In this document: positions 28,369 to 40,798 of the stretch, in pieces
Layout of the letters: every line of letters begins with the position of its first letter
Position numbering within the stretch: position 1 is the stretch's first letter
NCBI GenBank assembly: GCA_040767085.1
Contig: JAXGPF010000003.1
Location: 384,001-448,000 of the forward strand
Reading direction: 5' to 3'
DNA length: 64,000 nucleotides
From: Kiritimatiellia bacterium
GTDB lineage: Bacteria; Verrucomicrobiota; Kiritimatiellia; JAAZAB01
Notes under the pieces: generated by a model
The model's input: only the letters and a program-made list of their open reading frames with translations
Database searches by the model: none
What the model was told of the DNA's origin: nothing
Translations under genes and position numbers: made by a program

Positions 28369-29553
28369 TCATTCTTCAAAAAAAGTGTTCAGCGGGAAGA
28401 TTGCCATGCCGTGCGCCAGTTCACCCGGCCCATTCCGAGCCGGCAGGACTTCCGTATGAATATCCGGATTCGCCAATTTGCATGCCGCCAGGCGCCGCCG
28501 CACGACCTCCAGTGTGATTTCCGGGCAATGCGCGGTCCAGGGCCACAAGAAGATCGCTTCGGGATTAAACAGGTAATTCAAATTAACGATCATCTCCGCA
28601 TACACCGCAAACATATCCTCCACCAGCGCGCGGCCCAACGCATCGCCCTGGCAGGCCGCCTCGGCGATCAAGTCCCGGGAAAACGGCCGGCCAGACTCCA
28701 GCCAACCGGCCATTACGCTGGGCGCGCCATGCGCCATCGCCTCCTCCGCGCGCAATCGCAAATCGCGGAACCGCGTCAACATGTTCAGCGTCCCGCGCCG
28801 GCCGTCCATTTCGCCGAGCGGCGCATCGGCGATTTTCATCATCCCGATTTCCCCGCCGTAATTCTGGCTCCCCATATAGAGCCGGCCATCCAGAAACATG
28901 CCTACGCCGGCGCCGTCGAAATACAGAAAATTTTCCATTCCCGCCGCAGCGCCCCATTCCTTTTCCGCCAGGGCCAGGGCCGCGGAATGTTCCAAAATCC
29001 GGCAGGGCGCCCCCAGATTTTCCTGCCAGAAAGGCACGATCGGCGCCTGGTCGCCTCCGGTAAAGCAGGCTGACCGGCGCACAATGCCTGTCTTATGATC
29101 AATCATGCCGGGCAAAGACACGCCTAATCCGACCAGTTTGGACCGATCCAGGTTATGTTCCGCCAGAAATTTCTGTACATGCTCCAGCAAGACGCGCAAC
29201 TGCCGGGCACCCTCCACCGGCAACTCCGCCACGTTCCGCGCCCCGATGACCCGTAATCCGGCATCTACCGCGCTGATTTCCGCCGCTTGACTGTCGATGG
29301 AAATACCAACCGCAAAACATTGCGATCCGTTAATAATCAACGATTTTGGCTGGCGCCCCTTGCGCGTTCGCGCGGCATTATGCTCCAGAATGATCCCATC
29401 GTGTAAAAGACGGTCAACTGCGGAGATCACCGTCACCCGGCTTAAACGCAGGTTGCTGATGATATCGCTTCTGACCGCCTGCCCGCGCCGGCGCCAGATA
29501 TAGGCCAGCAGTCGCCGCCCCTTCTGACTTTTTTTATATTCAAATATATTCAT
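28369..29553 (-). CDS. ROK family transcriptional regulator
   Basis: N-terminal wHTH with GRQP, GLGVSLPGMID, ALAEKEWG, GVGM..G..GGEIG. Confidence 0.92.
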   Translation of the reverse strand: MNIFEYKKSQKGRRLLAYIWRRRGQAVRSDIISNLRLSRVTVISAVDRLLHDGIILEHNAARTRKGRQPKSLIINGSQCFAVGISIDSQAAEISAVDAGLRVIGARNVAELPVEGARQLRVLLEHVQKFLAEHNLDRSKLVGLGVSLPGMIDHKTGIVRRSACFTGGDQAPIVPFWQENLGAPCRILEHSAALALAEKEWGAAAGMENFLYFDGAGVGMFLDGRLYMGSQNYGGEIGMMKIADAPLGEMDGRRGTLNMLTRFRDLRLRAEEAMAHGAPSVMAGWLESGRPFSRDLIAEAACQGDALGRALVEDMFAVYAEMIVNLNYLFNPEAIFLWPWTAHCPEITLEVVRRRLAACKLANPDIHTEVLPARNGPGELAHGMAIFPLNTFFEE

Positions 29554-29585
29554 TATATAGCCATAAAATGGCCGATCATTGATGT

Positions 29586-29614
29586 AATAAATATAAAATT
29601 AGACTTTATGTCAA
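29586..29614 (-). promoter_or_regulatory. Putative sigma70 promoter of the ROK gene
   Basis: Minus strand TTGACA-17 nt-TTTATT in an AT-rich tract ~30-60 bp upstream of the start. Confidence 0.45.
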
Positions 29615-29677
29615 GGATGTTTTTTAAATTTTTAATACCACAGGATTATTTGGCATACTTCAAAACGGGTAACAGAA

Positions 29678-29746
29678 GGCTCACCAAAGGTTCGCCCTCC
29701 AGGAACATTGCAATTATTCAATTAGAGGACGAACCTGTGGCAAGCC
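29678..29746. repeat. Degenerate REP-like doublet
   Basis: ggctcaccaaaggttcgccctcc facing agaggacgaacctgtggcaagcc. Confidence 0.5.
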
Positions 29747-30039
29747 TTGCCGGAAAAATGCCTTCCATTCACCTTTGATGATCCTTACGCCTTTACGGCC
29801 AATCAAGCTCCGTTTTGAACCATGCCGTTTATTTTGACTCCTGCGCATACTTGGCGGCCCAACATTCCGAGCAACTATGAGGGGACAGACGCGCGACACC
29901 GCAAAAAAATCTTTTCCAAGAGTCGTTTTTTATGTTACATGCATTGTAAATGCAACCGCGGGCTTCGCGGCCGGCAGGCCAGGCGCAGAGTCCGCGGAAG
30001 GCTCCGTAATTTGTCAACGCCGCAAAGCTCGCAGGTGTC

Positions 30040-31476
30040 ATGGAACGGCCGAATATTTTACTGATCATGTCCGACCAGCACAATCGCAACGTGCTGGGAT
30101 GTTACGGCGACCAGGTCGTCCGCACCCCGCATCTTGACCGGTTAGCGTCGGCGGGCGCGCGTTTCACGAACGTTTATTGCCCGGCGCCCCTGTGCGTGCC
30201 GAGCCGGATGAGTTTCATGTCGTCCCGCACGCCTGCCCGCAACCAGGTCTGGAACAACGGGCATATGCTTTCCTCCGGCACGCCCACCTGGCCGGACTAT
30301 CTCAACCTGGCGGGATACGCCACCGCGTTGATCGGCCGGATGCATTTCATCGGACCGGACCAGCGCCATGGCTTCGCGCAGCACATGCTGGGCGACTTGC
30401 ATGCCCGCTGGGATAAAATTCCCCGCGTGTCGTGCGGTCAAACGGGCGCCTCCGTCCGAGTAGCCGGAACCGGCACATCCGCCTATGCGTGGTACGACGG
30501 CCAGGTCGCCGATTGCGCCTGCAACTTTTTAAAGTCCCGCGCCCGCGCGTCCGGGGACAAACCCTTCGCCGCCGTGGTGGGTTTTTTACAGCCGCACTCG
30601 CCTTACGTTGCGCCCGCGGACCTGTTTGAGGATTACCTGGCCCGGCTGCCGCCGCCGGAGCCGGCCGGCGCTGTGCCGGAACCGGTGCGCCGGCATCGCC
30701 GGGCGCATCAATTCGAAAACAACATCAGCGAATTACAGGCCCGCCACGCCCGCGCCGCTTATTACGCCATGTGCGAACAGTTGGACCGCCTCTGCGGCAG
30801 GATTCTGGATGAACTCGAACGCAGCGGGCTGGCAGACAACACCCTGGTGGTGTATTGTTCGGACCATGGCGACATGCTGGGCGCGCACGGATGCTGGTTC
30901 AAATCCATCTACTACGAGGGCAGCGCCAGCGTGCCGCTGATTCTCCGGTGGCCGGGCAGGATCATGCCCGGCGCCGCGCCCGGCGTCCTGGCGACTCTGA
31001 TGGACATCGGACCGACATTTTGCGATGCGGCCGGCGCGCAGCCTATGCGCGACATAGACGGGCGGTCGCTCTTCGAACTGATTAATCCGCGGCGGGGCGC
31101 GGCCGGCCGCGCCGCCATCTGCGCAGAATTGTGCGCATACGCGCCGCCGGTTCCCTCCCGCATGATCCGCTTCGGCGACTGGAAATTATGGCAGACGCTT
31201 TATCCCGACGGCGCGCAAACGGTCATGTTCAACCTGAGGGACGATCCCGGCGAGACCCGCGATTTGTCCGGGGCCAGGGAACATGCCGCTATGCACGACC
31301 GCCTGATCGGCGAATTGCATGCGGACTGGCAGCCGGACATTGCCGCCAGTCTTTCCGCGCGCCAGCATGCCGATGTGGTCAGCCTGATACAGGCCTACGC
31401 CGGCCAGGATTGGGAACACGGCGGATTGGCCTTGCGCGCGCCGGCGGATGTTGATAACGACGTCCTGCTGAAATAA
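30040..31476 (+). CDS. Formylglycine-dependent sulfatase (choline-sulfatase-like), no signal peptide
   Basis: PNILLIMSDQH, CVPSR, GRMH, PHSPY, SDHGDMLG motifs. Confidence 0.93.
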   Translation: MERPNILLIMSDQHNRNVLGCYGDQVVRTPHLDRLASAGARFTNVYCPAPLCVPSRMSFMSSRTPARNQVWNNGHMLSSGTPTWPDYLNLAGYATALIGRMHFIGPDQRHGFAQHMLGDLHARWDKIPRVSCGQTGASVRVAGTGTSAYAWYDGQVADCACNFLKSRARASGDKPFAAVVGFLQPHSPYVAPADLFEDYLARLPPPEPAGAVPEPVRRHRRAHQFENNISELQARHARAAYYAMCEQLDRLCGRILDELERSGLADNTLVVYCSDHGDMLGAHGCWFKSIYYEGSASVPLILRWPGRIMPGAAPGVLATLMDIGPTFCDAAGAQPMRDIDGRSLFELINPRRGAAGRAAICAELCAYAPPVPSRMIRFGDWKLWQTLYPDGAQTVMFNLRDDPGETRDLSGAREHAAMHDRLIGELHADWQPDIAASLSARQHADVVSLIQAYAGQDWEHGGLALRAPADVDNDVLLK

Positions 31477-31494
31477 AAAAGCGCCGGGGCGCTT
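31475..31494 (-). terminator. Putative intrinsic terminator between convergent genes
   Basis: Minus strand aagcgccccggcgctttttt: GC hairpin followed by U-tract. Confidence 0.55.
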
Positions 31495-32282
31495 CAGAAG
31501 ACGTACACCGGGCCGAACAGCACGGACGTATCGTCGGTGGTGGTGTGTTCCATGTAATCCAGGCGGAGGGCTGCGCCCCAGTGCCGGGTAATCCCCGTCG
31601 TCAGCCGCAGGTGCACATTGTGGAAGTTCTGGTCCTGCTCCTGACTGTCCTGGTAGTAGTACTTCGCATTGAAATTCACCATCCGCCACCGCCAGTCCAG
31701 GGTGATCCCGTAGAGATACGAATCGTTGTCCATGTCGCCATGGCGCGTATCAATCCGTTCCCAGGCATATCCCAGGTAGGGGTTGAGCGCCAGCCCCCAC
31801 GACTGGATGCGGAACACCGGGCCGAGCTTGGCCAGCGGCACGCTGACTTCTATATCTTCGCCGGGCGGCTTGATCTTGTGGTAGAGATGCCCCGCACCGA
31901 TATTCCATGTCACCATTGCTGCGGGATCGCCATACAGGTTGGCATGGAAGAAATTCCCCATCACGCCCGTATCGCGGGCGGCCTCGGTGAAGAACAGGAA
32001 ATCGTTCACGACAAACCGCGGGTGGGCGACGAGCGCAAACAGGCCGTATTCCGGCGCGGTCTTGGACTCGGTTTGGATTTGTCCCGTGCGGTCTCTTTGC
32101 TTAAGTTCGTCGCGGTTGAATCCAACCAGGGGGCTGACCAGCCATATCAGCCCCTGGTTCCCGGGAGGCGGGAGTTCATCCTGGGCCTGGAGCGGCATGT
32201 GCGCCAGCAGCAACGCGGCAATGGCAATGATCGTATTCCCCGCTTGTCTGCGGCCGATGGAGTTCCTCCTTGCGCCCTTCAT
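31494..32282 (-). CDS. Putative outer-membrane beta-barrel protein
   Basis: Signal peptide (..LLAHMPLQA-QDE), alternating amphipathic strands, C-terminal Phe (PVYVF); ATG overlaps the upstream TGA. Confidence 0.65.
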   Translation of the reverse strand: MKGARRNSIGRRQAGNTIIAIAALLLAHMPLQAQDELPPPGNQGLIWLVSPLVGFNRDELKQRDRTGQIQTESKTAPEYGLFALVAHPRFVVNDFLFFTEAARDTGVMGNFFHANLYGDPAAMVTWNIGAGHLYHKIKPPGEDIEVSVPLAKLGPVFRIQSWGLALNPYLGYAWERIDTRHGDMDNDSYLYGITLDWRWRMVNFNAKYYYQDSQEQDQNFHNVHLRLTTGITRHWGAALRLDYMEHTTTDDTSVLFGPVYVF

Positions 32283-32746
32283 GCTGTAGCCTTTCGTTCG
32301 CCGGCCGTTTCCTGAACCATGGCCGGCCCTTCCGGCGCGGCCTGAACCGCAGGCCTGCCACCAAGCGCCGACGCCGGCTGGCAAGTCCTGATCAGCAATA
32401 CGTGGACGGTGACGGCCACGGCAATGCCAGCCAGGACGAGTTTTAACCACCAGAGAGAGATGAAGAACGTAATCGTGGCGCCCATGCCAAGCCATAAGAG
32501 CAAGAGCGTGGCGGACTTGTGCAGACGTGAAATACCCCGCCCTTCCCAATAGTTCCGGATATACGCGCCGCACCAACGGTTCGTAATCAGCCACCGGTAA
32601 AAGCGCGGGGAACTGCGGGCGTAGCAGACGGCCGCGAGCAGGAGGAAGGGCGTCGTCGGCATGACCGGCAGGAATATCCCCGCGACGCCCAGCGCCACGC
32701 AGGCGGCGCCGCAGCCTGTCAGCAGGATATGTTTCAGTCTGGTCAT
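32279..32746 (-). CDS. ybaN: YbaN / DUF454 inner-membrane protein
   Basis: LGVAGIFLPVMPTTPFLLLAAVCYARSSPRF family signature. Confidence 0.88.
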   Translation of the reverse strand: MTRLKHILLTGCGAACVALGVAGIFLPVMPTTPFLLLAAVCYARSSPRFYRWLITNRWCGAYIRNYWEGRGISRLHKSATLLLLWLGMGATITFFISLWWLKLVLAGIAVAVTVHVLLIRTCQPASALGGRPAVQAAPEGPAMVQETAGERKATA

Positions 32747-32830
32747 TTCCAAAAATACGACTGCGTTCCGGCGGCAGCCATCAAGCCCGCCCTCCGGAAC
32801 GCAGCAGGTATTCCGCATATCGCGCCGCGG

Positions 32831-35065
<2,235 letters not shown>

Positions 35066-35228
35066 TTAGATTCAGGACATCAACTGGCAGTGCGGACATC
35101 AGCTTGTGCAACCAGCTTCTAAATTGAGGAAAGCGTGCGACAAGCAGCAGCGAAAGTCAAGCGCCGAATTGCGGCAGAGCAGGCTCAGCCCAGGGCTGCG
35201 TCATACTCCCGCGCCTTGCGCGCCGTTC

Positions 35229-35339
35229 CGGATCAGAAGCGGCCAAGGGACCCAGGCTTTGCCAAGGCTACGCCGGGCAAGCTGGCCGCCCTACCAGCGG
35301 ATCAGAAGCGGCCAAGGGATCCAGGCTTTGCCAAGGCTA
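35229..35339. repeat. Two 42-bp direct repeats built from nested REP-like units
   Basis: cggatcagaagcggccaaggga[c/t]ccaggctttgccaaggcta at 35229-35270 and 35298-35339. Confidence 0.75.
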
Positions 35340-35615
35340 ACCCCGCTGAAAGCGGGGCAAGTCTAGGTGCTTGTCCCGCCGCAGGCGGGAATTGCCCCGC
35401 CCCCGGCAAACCCGCCCGCAGGGTCCGCGCAGCGGACAGACGCCCCAAAGAACGCCTGTGCGGCTCGCACTCGCCGCCGTGCTTTTCGAACGGAATTCGC
35501 TACGCATCCCAAGCACTGCACTACAACAACAAATTTGTCTTACGACAATCTGATCAGCGGATTAGTGTATTCGAAACCAGACGCTCTCAGCGCAGGGGCA
35601 TGGCCCAGTCAACAA

Positions 35616-37610
35616 TCACTTGCCCGCGCCGCGCGCGCGGAACCAGGGCAGGGAACCCCAGCTGGATTGCTTTTCCCAGAATTGGCTGGCTGTACGAATC
35701 CAGCCGCGGACCGGCAAACCTGCCACGCGGCGCAATTCCGGTTCCCACTGGGCCAGCGTCCGGCCGGCCAGGTTCTGCGCCGCGGCGGCATCGCCGCGGG
35801 CTTCGGCTGCGTCAACCGCCTGTGCGGCGCGGCACAATTCCACCGCCATGTTCCAGTAGCGCAGGGCGTTCAGGAAGTCCTCCGCCTGGCGCTGCTCGCG
35901 CGCGAGGGATGCCTGGCGCATGGCGTTTTCGATCCGCGCCAGGGCGGCCGGCACATCCAAACCTTCCAGCAGGAAGGCGATATTGCGCGAGTTAGGCAAA
36001 TAACATCCGATGGCGGGCGGCACCGGCTGGAGGAAGGGCGAATCCGAGCCCTGCGCTTCCACGGATTTCACGCGCCGGTCAAAGTGCTCGTAAACCGGCC
36101 GGACAGCGTCCGCCAGCGAACCGAACATGCCTGCCAGAAATTCATCGCGCAAGGCCGGATAATCCACCCGGGCCGCCCATCCCATCCGCGCGAATGCCTG
36201 GTAATTCAAGGCATACACCTGGTGGTCGCCTTCGCGCGACTGCACGGTCGCGCCGCCGATGCCCATCTTTTTCAAACGCGGCCATTCCCGGATGATGACA
36301 TCCGCCATGGGGTACGGCAGGCCTTTCTGGGCATTCATGCCCATGTAATACTCGTATAAAATCAGTTCACAAGGCTGGGTACGGCGCCATTGATCCAGGA
36401 TGTCCAGGAAAAACCGGTTCATCCGGCAGGCATCCGGCGCCAGCTCGTGCACGGCACAGCGCCAGTAGATTGCCATCCAGATGACAATGTTCTTTTCATA
36501 TTGCACGCCGCGCGGCGGCCATTGCAGGTCCACGTATGCGGCCCCGCCGACCTTGACGCCCGGAAATTCCCGTCCGACCGCCCGCGCCACTTCGTTCAGC
36601 AGCAGGGCATAGCGCCGGGATTTACCGCGATTTTCCGCTTCCGGCTGCCGGTGCGAGTTAAATGGCTTGTCGGCATCCCCCGGATCGGCATCCAGCCGGC
36701 GGCAGGCCGGACAGCGGCACATGCCAATGCCGTCTTCAGGAATGACGCCCACAATCCGCGTCTCGGGGTTTTCCCGCAGATATTGGAGCACGTTTTTAAT
36801 CAACTCCGCCACGACCGCCCGGTTGCTGGTGCAGAGGCAAAGCTGCGCCGGCATACGGCTGCGAGCGCCATCGGCTCCCTGCGCGTACCATTCCGGATGT
36901 TCGGCGAAATATTTTTCGGGCGGCAGCCAGTAAAACAGGTTATGATGATTCATGTCCACCTTCAACCCACGCTGCATGATGGCGGGCAGCATATGGCGGC
37001 GGAACCAGGTGTTGGTGAAACGATTTTCGTTGCGGGCCACGACGCGGCCGGTTTCCGGGTCAAACGTGGCAACATCGTCCAGCGGCAGTTCCGGCTGCAG
37101 GTGGATCAGGACGTAGTTCATCCCGTTTTTCGCCATCCAATCCACCCGCTTGAGTATCCACTCCAATTCCGAGGGCGAAGTTGAAAACTGCAGCCCGCGG
37201 TACCATAATTCCGGGCGCATCCGCACCGCTCCCATGGGAATCGCCAGCCGCTCGAGCCGCGGCACATGCTCGCCGTCCGGGGCATACCCGCTGAACCGGC
37301 AACCGGCATAACGCCGTAGAAATTCATAAACGCCGTATACGGCGCCGGCTGGACCGCCGCCGCGGATGCTGAATTTACCCGCGGTTTCCGCCGCCAGAAT
37401 GTAACCCTCATCCGTCAGAGTTTCATCGGGCACACAGGCAACCTGAATCACCGGCGCGTCCGCCGCCGGCGCGGCTGCCACCGGTATTTCCCCGCCGAAC
37501 GCCAGACCCAGGTAACGCGCCAGCTCGGCGGCGGCAAATCGGACAGGCGCGGGGGCGGCGGGATCGGACACAATCTGCGGGGTACGCGTCGCGGTGCAAA
37601 TAAATTCCAT
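35616..37610 (-). CDS. DUF4838-type protein (GH20/GH67-like N-domain plus TIM barrel)
   Basis: FAAAELARYL, DEGY, GAVYGVYEFL, YFAEHPEWYA, QLCLCTSN, PEDG..CRCPAC. Confidence 0.75.
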   Translation of the reverse strand: MEFICTATRTPQIVSDPAAPAPVRFAAAELARYLGLAFGGEIPVAAAPAADAPVIQVACVPDETLTDEGYILAAETAGKFSIRGGGPAGAVYGVYEFLRRYAGCRFSGYAPDGEHVPRLERLAIPMGAVRMRPELWYRGLQFSTSPSELEWILKRVDWMAKNGMNYVLIHLQPELPLDDVATFDPETGRVVARNENRFTNTWFRRHMLPAIMQRGLKVDMNHHNLFYWLPPEKYFAEHPEWYAQGADGARSRMPAQLCLCTSNRAVVAELIKNVLQYLRENPETRIVGVIPEDGIGMCRCPACRRLDADPGDADKPFNSHRQPEAENRGKSRRYALLLNEVARAVGREFPGVKVGGAAYVDLQWPPRGVQYEKNIVIWMAIYWRCAVHELAPDACRMNRFFLDILDQWRRTQPCELILYEYYMGMNAQKGLPYPMADVIIREWPRLKKMGIGGATVQSREGDHQVYALNYQAFARMGWAARVDYPALRDEFLAGMFGSLADAVRPVYEHFDRRVKSVEAQGSDSPFLQPVPPAIGCYLPNSRNIAFLLEGLDVPAALARIENAMRQASLAREQRQAEDFLNALRYWNMAVELCRAAQAVDAAEARGDAAAAQNLAGRTLAQWEPELRRVAGLPVRGWIRTASQFWEKQSSWGSLPWFRARGAGK

Positions 37611-37631
37611 GGGGATGACTTTCTTTAATGT

Positions 37632-37673
37632 GTTCAGGGTTCAGGGGTTCAAGGTTCAAGGGTTCAAGGTTCA
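37632..37673. repeat. gttcaag-type 7/8-mer tandem repeat
   Basis: gttcagg gttcaggg gttcaag gttcaagg gttcaag gttca. Confidence 0.65.
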
Positions 37674-38453
37674 GATCGTCAGGTCGCAAATGTTGTCGCT
37701 GCGCATGCGCACCGTCCGCTCATCCAGGCGTTCCGCTCCGCGCGCCAGGTAGCCATCTATCCTGGCGCCTTCCTTGAGGCGGACTTCCAACTCATATGGC
37801 GGGGTAATTTTGACCGGGGGGATGTTTTGCGCATCCCGGACCGCCGCGGCGGCAGTCCGCCGGATCAGTTCCCGGGCGGCTTGCGGCGACAGGTGCAGCG
37901 CCAATTCCAGGCCCAGGCCGCGCTTGACCACCGCCGCATGGATTTTCGGGACCAGGGTCCGCGCCTCCGCAGCCGCCTTGTCGTCGCCGGAAATAAAAAC
38001 CGCCGGCACGCCCAGCGTTCCCGCCATGGCAGCCCGGGCGCCGAACTCACCGGTCAAGCGGCCGTTGAGCTTGTAATATTCCACGGTCTTCGAGGAATAA
38101 GTATGGCATAAAGGCGCATCCGGCGTGCCGGCCATGGCGTGTTGCCCCACGAAAAACAAGGCATCGAACGAACTATCCAGGTAGTACGGCGGGCGGATCG
38201 GGCCCCGGGTAATCAATTGCGCCCGGGGATGGAACGACATGATGTCCACCCCGCCGCCGCCATGGCCGTCCCAGACGATCACTTCCGCTCCCGGCGATGC
38301 ATCCAGAATGCCGTCCACCGCGGCGTTGACCTCGCCGGTCAGCAGCAGCATGGCTTCGCGTTTCAGTTCGGGCGCGGCCTGCCAATCGCGGGTCTGCTGG
38401 AACCGCGAGACCATGGCCGGTCCTTCCAAATCCGTGATGATGTAAATTTTCAT
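37671..38453 (-). CDS. M55 family D-aminopeptidase (DppA-like)
   Basis: MKIYIITDLEG, DGHG, GQHAMAG, HTYS, SGDD motifs. Confidence 0.92.
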   Translation of the reverse strand: MKIYIITDLEGPAMVSRFQQTRDWQAAPELKREAMLLLTGEVNAAVDGILDASPGAEVIVWDGHGGGGVDIMSFHPRAQLITRGPIRPPYYLDSSFDALFFVGQHAMAGTPDAPLCHTYSSKTVEYYKLNGRLTGEFGARAAMAGTLGVPAVFISGDDKAAAEARTLVPKIHAAVVKRGLGLELALHLSPQAARELIRRTAAAAVRDAQNIPPVKITPPYELEVRLKEGARIDGYLARGAERLDERTVRMRSDNICDLTI

Positions 38454-38502
38454 GATTGATTCTGGCAGCGGCCTAAAATTTCAAATCCGTGAAAAGGCCG
38501 GT

Positions 38503-39177
38503 TCATTCCCGCGCGAGCACTACGCTTTCGAAGACCTGGAAGGTCGCGCCCTGACGCCAGGCGTTGGAAGGCAATCCGGCCTTGCGGCTGAGATGTTCCA
38601 GGGTGTCTTCGCGGGACCATTGCTGCTCGATCGCGACCTCGGGCAGGAAAACGGCCCGGCGCCCGCCCTTGCCCAGGATGATCCCATGCCGCCCGATTTG
38701 AAATTCCTCCGGCCCCGCAATGGCGGTCAAGGGGCTGAGGATGGAGACATCCACCCGCACTTCCGGCAATTCTTCCTGCCGCAGGGGACTGAACCGCGGA
38801 TCGCGCAGGGCGGCATTGACAGCGTTGTTATGAACCGACAGGTACAGCGGCTCAACCGCTTCCAGCGAGCCGATGCAGCCGCGCAGGTCGCCGTGAATTT
38901 TCAAGGTAACGAACGTGGCCAGCACGGTCTTCAACTTCGGCGTGATCTGGTAGGCTGACATGTCGAACCGGCCGGGCCGGCCCTGCACGCACCACTTCAG
39001 GGTATCGCCGGCGATGGCGAAAAGGGTCGTCTGCTCCTCCGCCGACAAACCCGGCGTCCATGTTCCGCTGCGATGTTCATGCATGGTGCGCGCCTCCGTG
39101 GGATTGGCCGCCGGCGACCAGGCCGGCTGACAGCAGCATACCGCAAACCACACTGCCGCTGCAAGCGGATGTTGCAT
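38503..39177 (-). CDS. AMMECR1-domain protein (AmmeMemoRadiSam protein A)
   Basis: FVTL..LRGCIG, AALRDPRF, VSILSP, FLPEVA..W, KAGL; GGAG RBS before 39177. Confidence 0.9.
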   Translation of the reverse strand: MQHPLAAAVWFAVCCCQPAWSPAANPTEARTMHEHRSGTWTPGLSAEEQTTLFAIAGDTLKWCVQGRPGRFDMSAYQITPKLKTVLATFVTLKIHGDLRGCIGSLEAVEPLYLSVHNNAVNAALRDPRFSPLRQEELPEVRVDVSILSPLTAIAGPEEFQIGRHGIILGKGGRRAVFLPEVAIEQQWSREDTLEHLSRKAGLPSNAWRQGATFQVFESVVLARE

Positions 39178-39190
39178 TGTTTTGCTCCGA

Positions 39191-40611
39191 TCACCGGAAT
39201 TTCGGCAGGCATTTGCCATGGGCGCGGATCATCCGGTCGCACAGCTCCACGATTTCATCCATGGAAAGCTCGGCCGCCGTGTGGGGATCCAGAGGGCCGC
39301 CTGGTAAACACTATCGCGCCGGCGGGTAAAAGCCGCTTCCAGCGTCAGCAGGTGGACATTGATGGCGGTGCGGTTCAGCGCGGCGCAGGCTTCCGGCAGG
39401 GGGCCGGCATAACACCCCTGGACGCCGTTGCGGTCCACCAGGCAGGGTACTTCCACGCAGGCCGCCGCCGGCAGATTGGGGATCAGGCCGGTATTCAGCA
39501 CATTGCCGCCGATATGTTCGGGCGCGTCGGTTTCCATGGCCTGCATGATGCGAGAGGCATATTCGTGCGACCGGGCATGCTGCAGCGTGGGATTATTCAC
39601 CAATTCCCGGCTCATTTTACGCCAATTTTTGATTTGCCGGACGCAGCGCCGCGGGTATTCGTCAAGCGCAATGCCGAATTGCGCGAGCAGTTCCGGATGC
39701 GTCCGCTTGATCCAATAGGGCATGTACTCGGCGCTATGCACGCTGGATTCGGTGAGGTAGCAGCCGAACCGCCGCATCAACGACAGCCGCACCAGGTCAT
39801 GCGCCACGCGCAGGTCGTTGGCCAACTGGTGATTTCCCTTGAGGTCCAACCCCCGGCGTTCGGCTTCCAGGAGGGCGTATTTCTTAAATTTTTCGGCGCC
39901 GCCGGCGCGGGCGATGCAGTCCATGGAGGCCGCGATCCGGCGCTTGATGGCGGGATACAAATCCCGGCCGCCATCCTTGATTTCCAGCAGCCAGCCCTGG
40001 TGGTTGATCCCGGCGATTTTCCACTGGACCCGGCCAACGCGCTGAGGCATACCAGCCTTGCGCAACAGCGAATCGGCGCAGACCTGCACCGAATGACAGA
40101 GGCCGACAGTCCGGATTCCCAGCCGCAGGAATGCGCCGGTCAGGATGGACATGGGATTGGTATAATTCAGGAGCCAGGCGGACGGGCAGACGTCCCAGAT
40201 ATCCCGGGCGAATTCTTCCAGCACCGGGATGGTGCGCAAGGCCCGGAAAATGCCGCCAATGCCCAGCGTATCCCCGATCGTCTGGCGCAAGCCGAATTTT
40301 TTCGGCACTTCAAAGTCCACTGCCGTGCCGGGTTTGTACCCTCCCACCTGGATGGCATTGACGATGTAATCCGCGCCGCTGAGCGCATCCCGGCGCTGGG
40401 CGGGCCCGAGGTAAGCGCGGACTTCGGCGCGGCCGCCATTGATATTGGCGTTCAGGGTTTCGACCATCCGCAGCGATTCCCGCAGGCGTTGCCCGTCAAT
40501 ATCGTAAAGCGCAATCCGCGCCGACTGCAGCGATTCCGCGCCAAAACAATCTCCCAGCACGTTTTTGGCGAATACCGTGCTGCCTGCCCCCAAGAACGCG
40601 ATCTTTGGCAT
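39191..40611 (-). pseudogene. melA: GH4 alpha-galactosidase with a 1-nt deletion near the 3' end (real or sequencing error)
   Basis: KIAFLGAGSTVF, QTIGDTLGIGG, NYTNP, GLCHSVQ, AGINH; conserved tail DPHTAAELSMDEI..stop is in another frame after ~39292. Confidence 0.85.
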
Positions 40612-40798
40612 ATGCACTGGCTCCCGTTTGATTACCATCGCCCGGCGCGGCTCCTCGCCGGCCCGACAGCAACACAGTCCATCAATAATTGCGGCATGAT
40701 AGCACAAGCGAATGGCGAAGCAAGTAGCTTGTGCGGAATACGGATGCGCCACGCAGTGGCGCTGCTACAGACGGAATACGGCACGGCGCGCACGGTCT

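Noticed and set aside
35229-35339. CRISPR-like repeat-spacer-repeat
   Set aside because: Only two repeats, the spacer completes a REP hairpin, and there are no cas genes.
35135-35995. ORF with repeated peptide DQKRPRDPGFAKA
   Set aside because: It is a translation of the 42-bp DNA repeat and overlaps the DUF4838 gene antisense.
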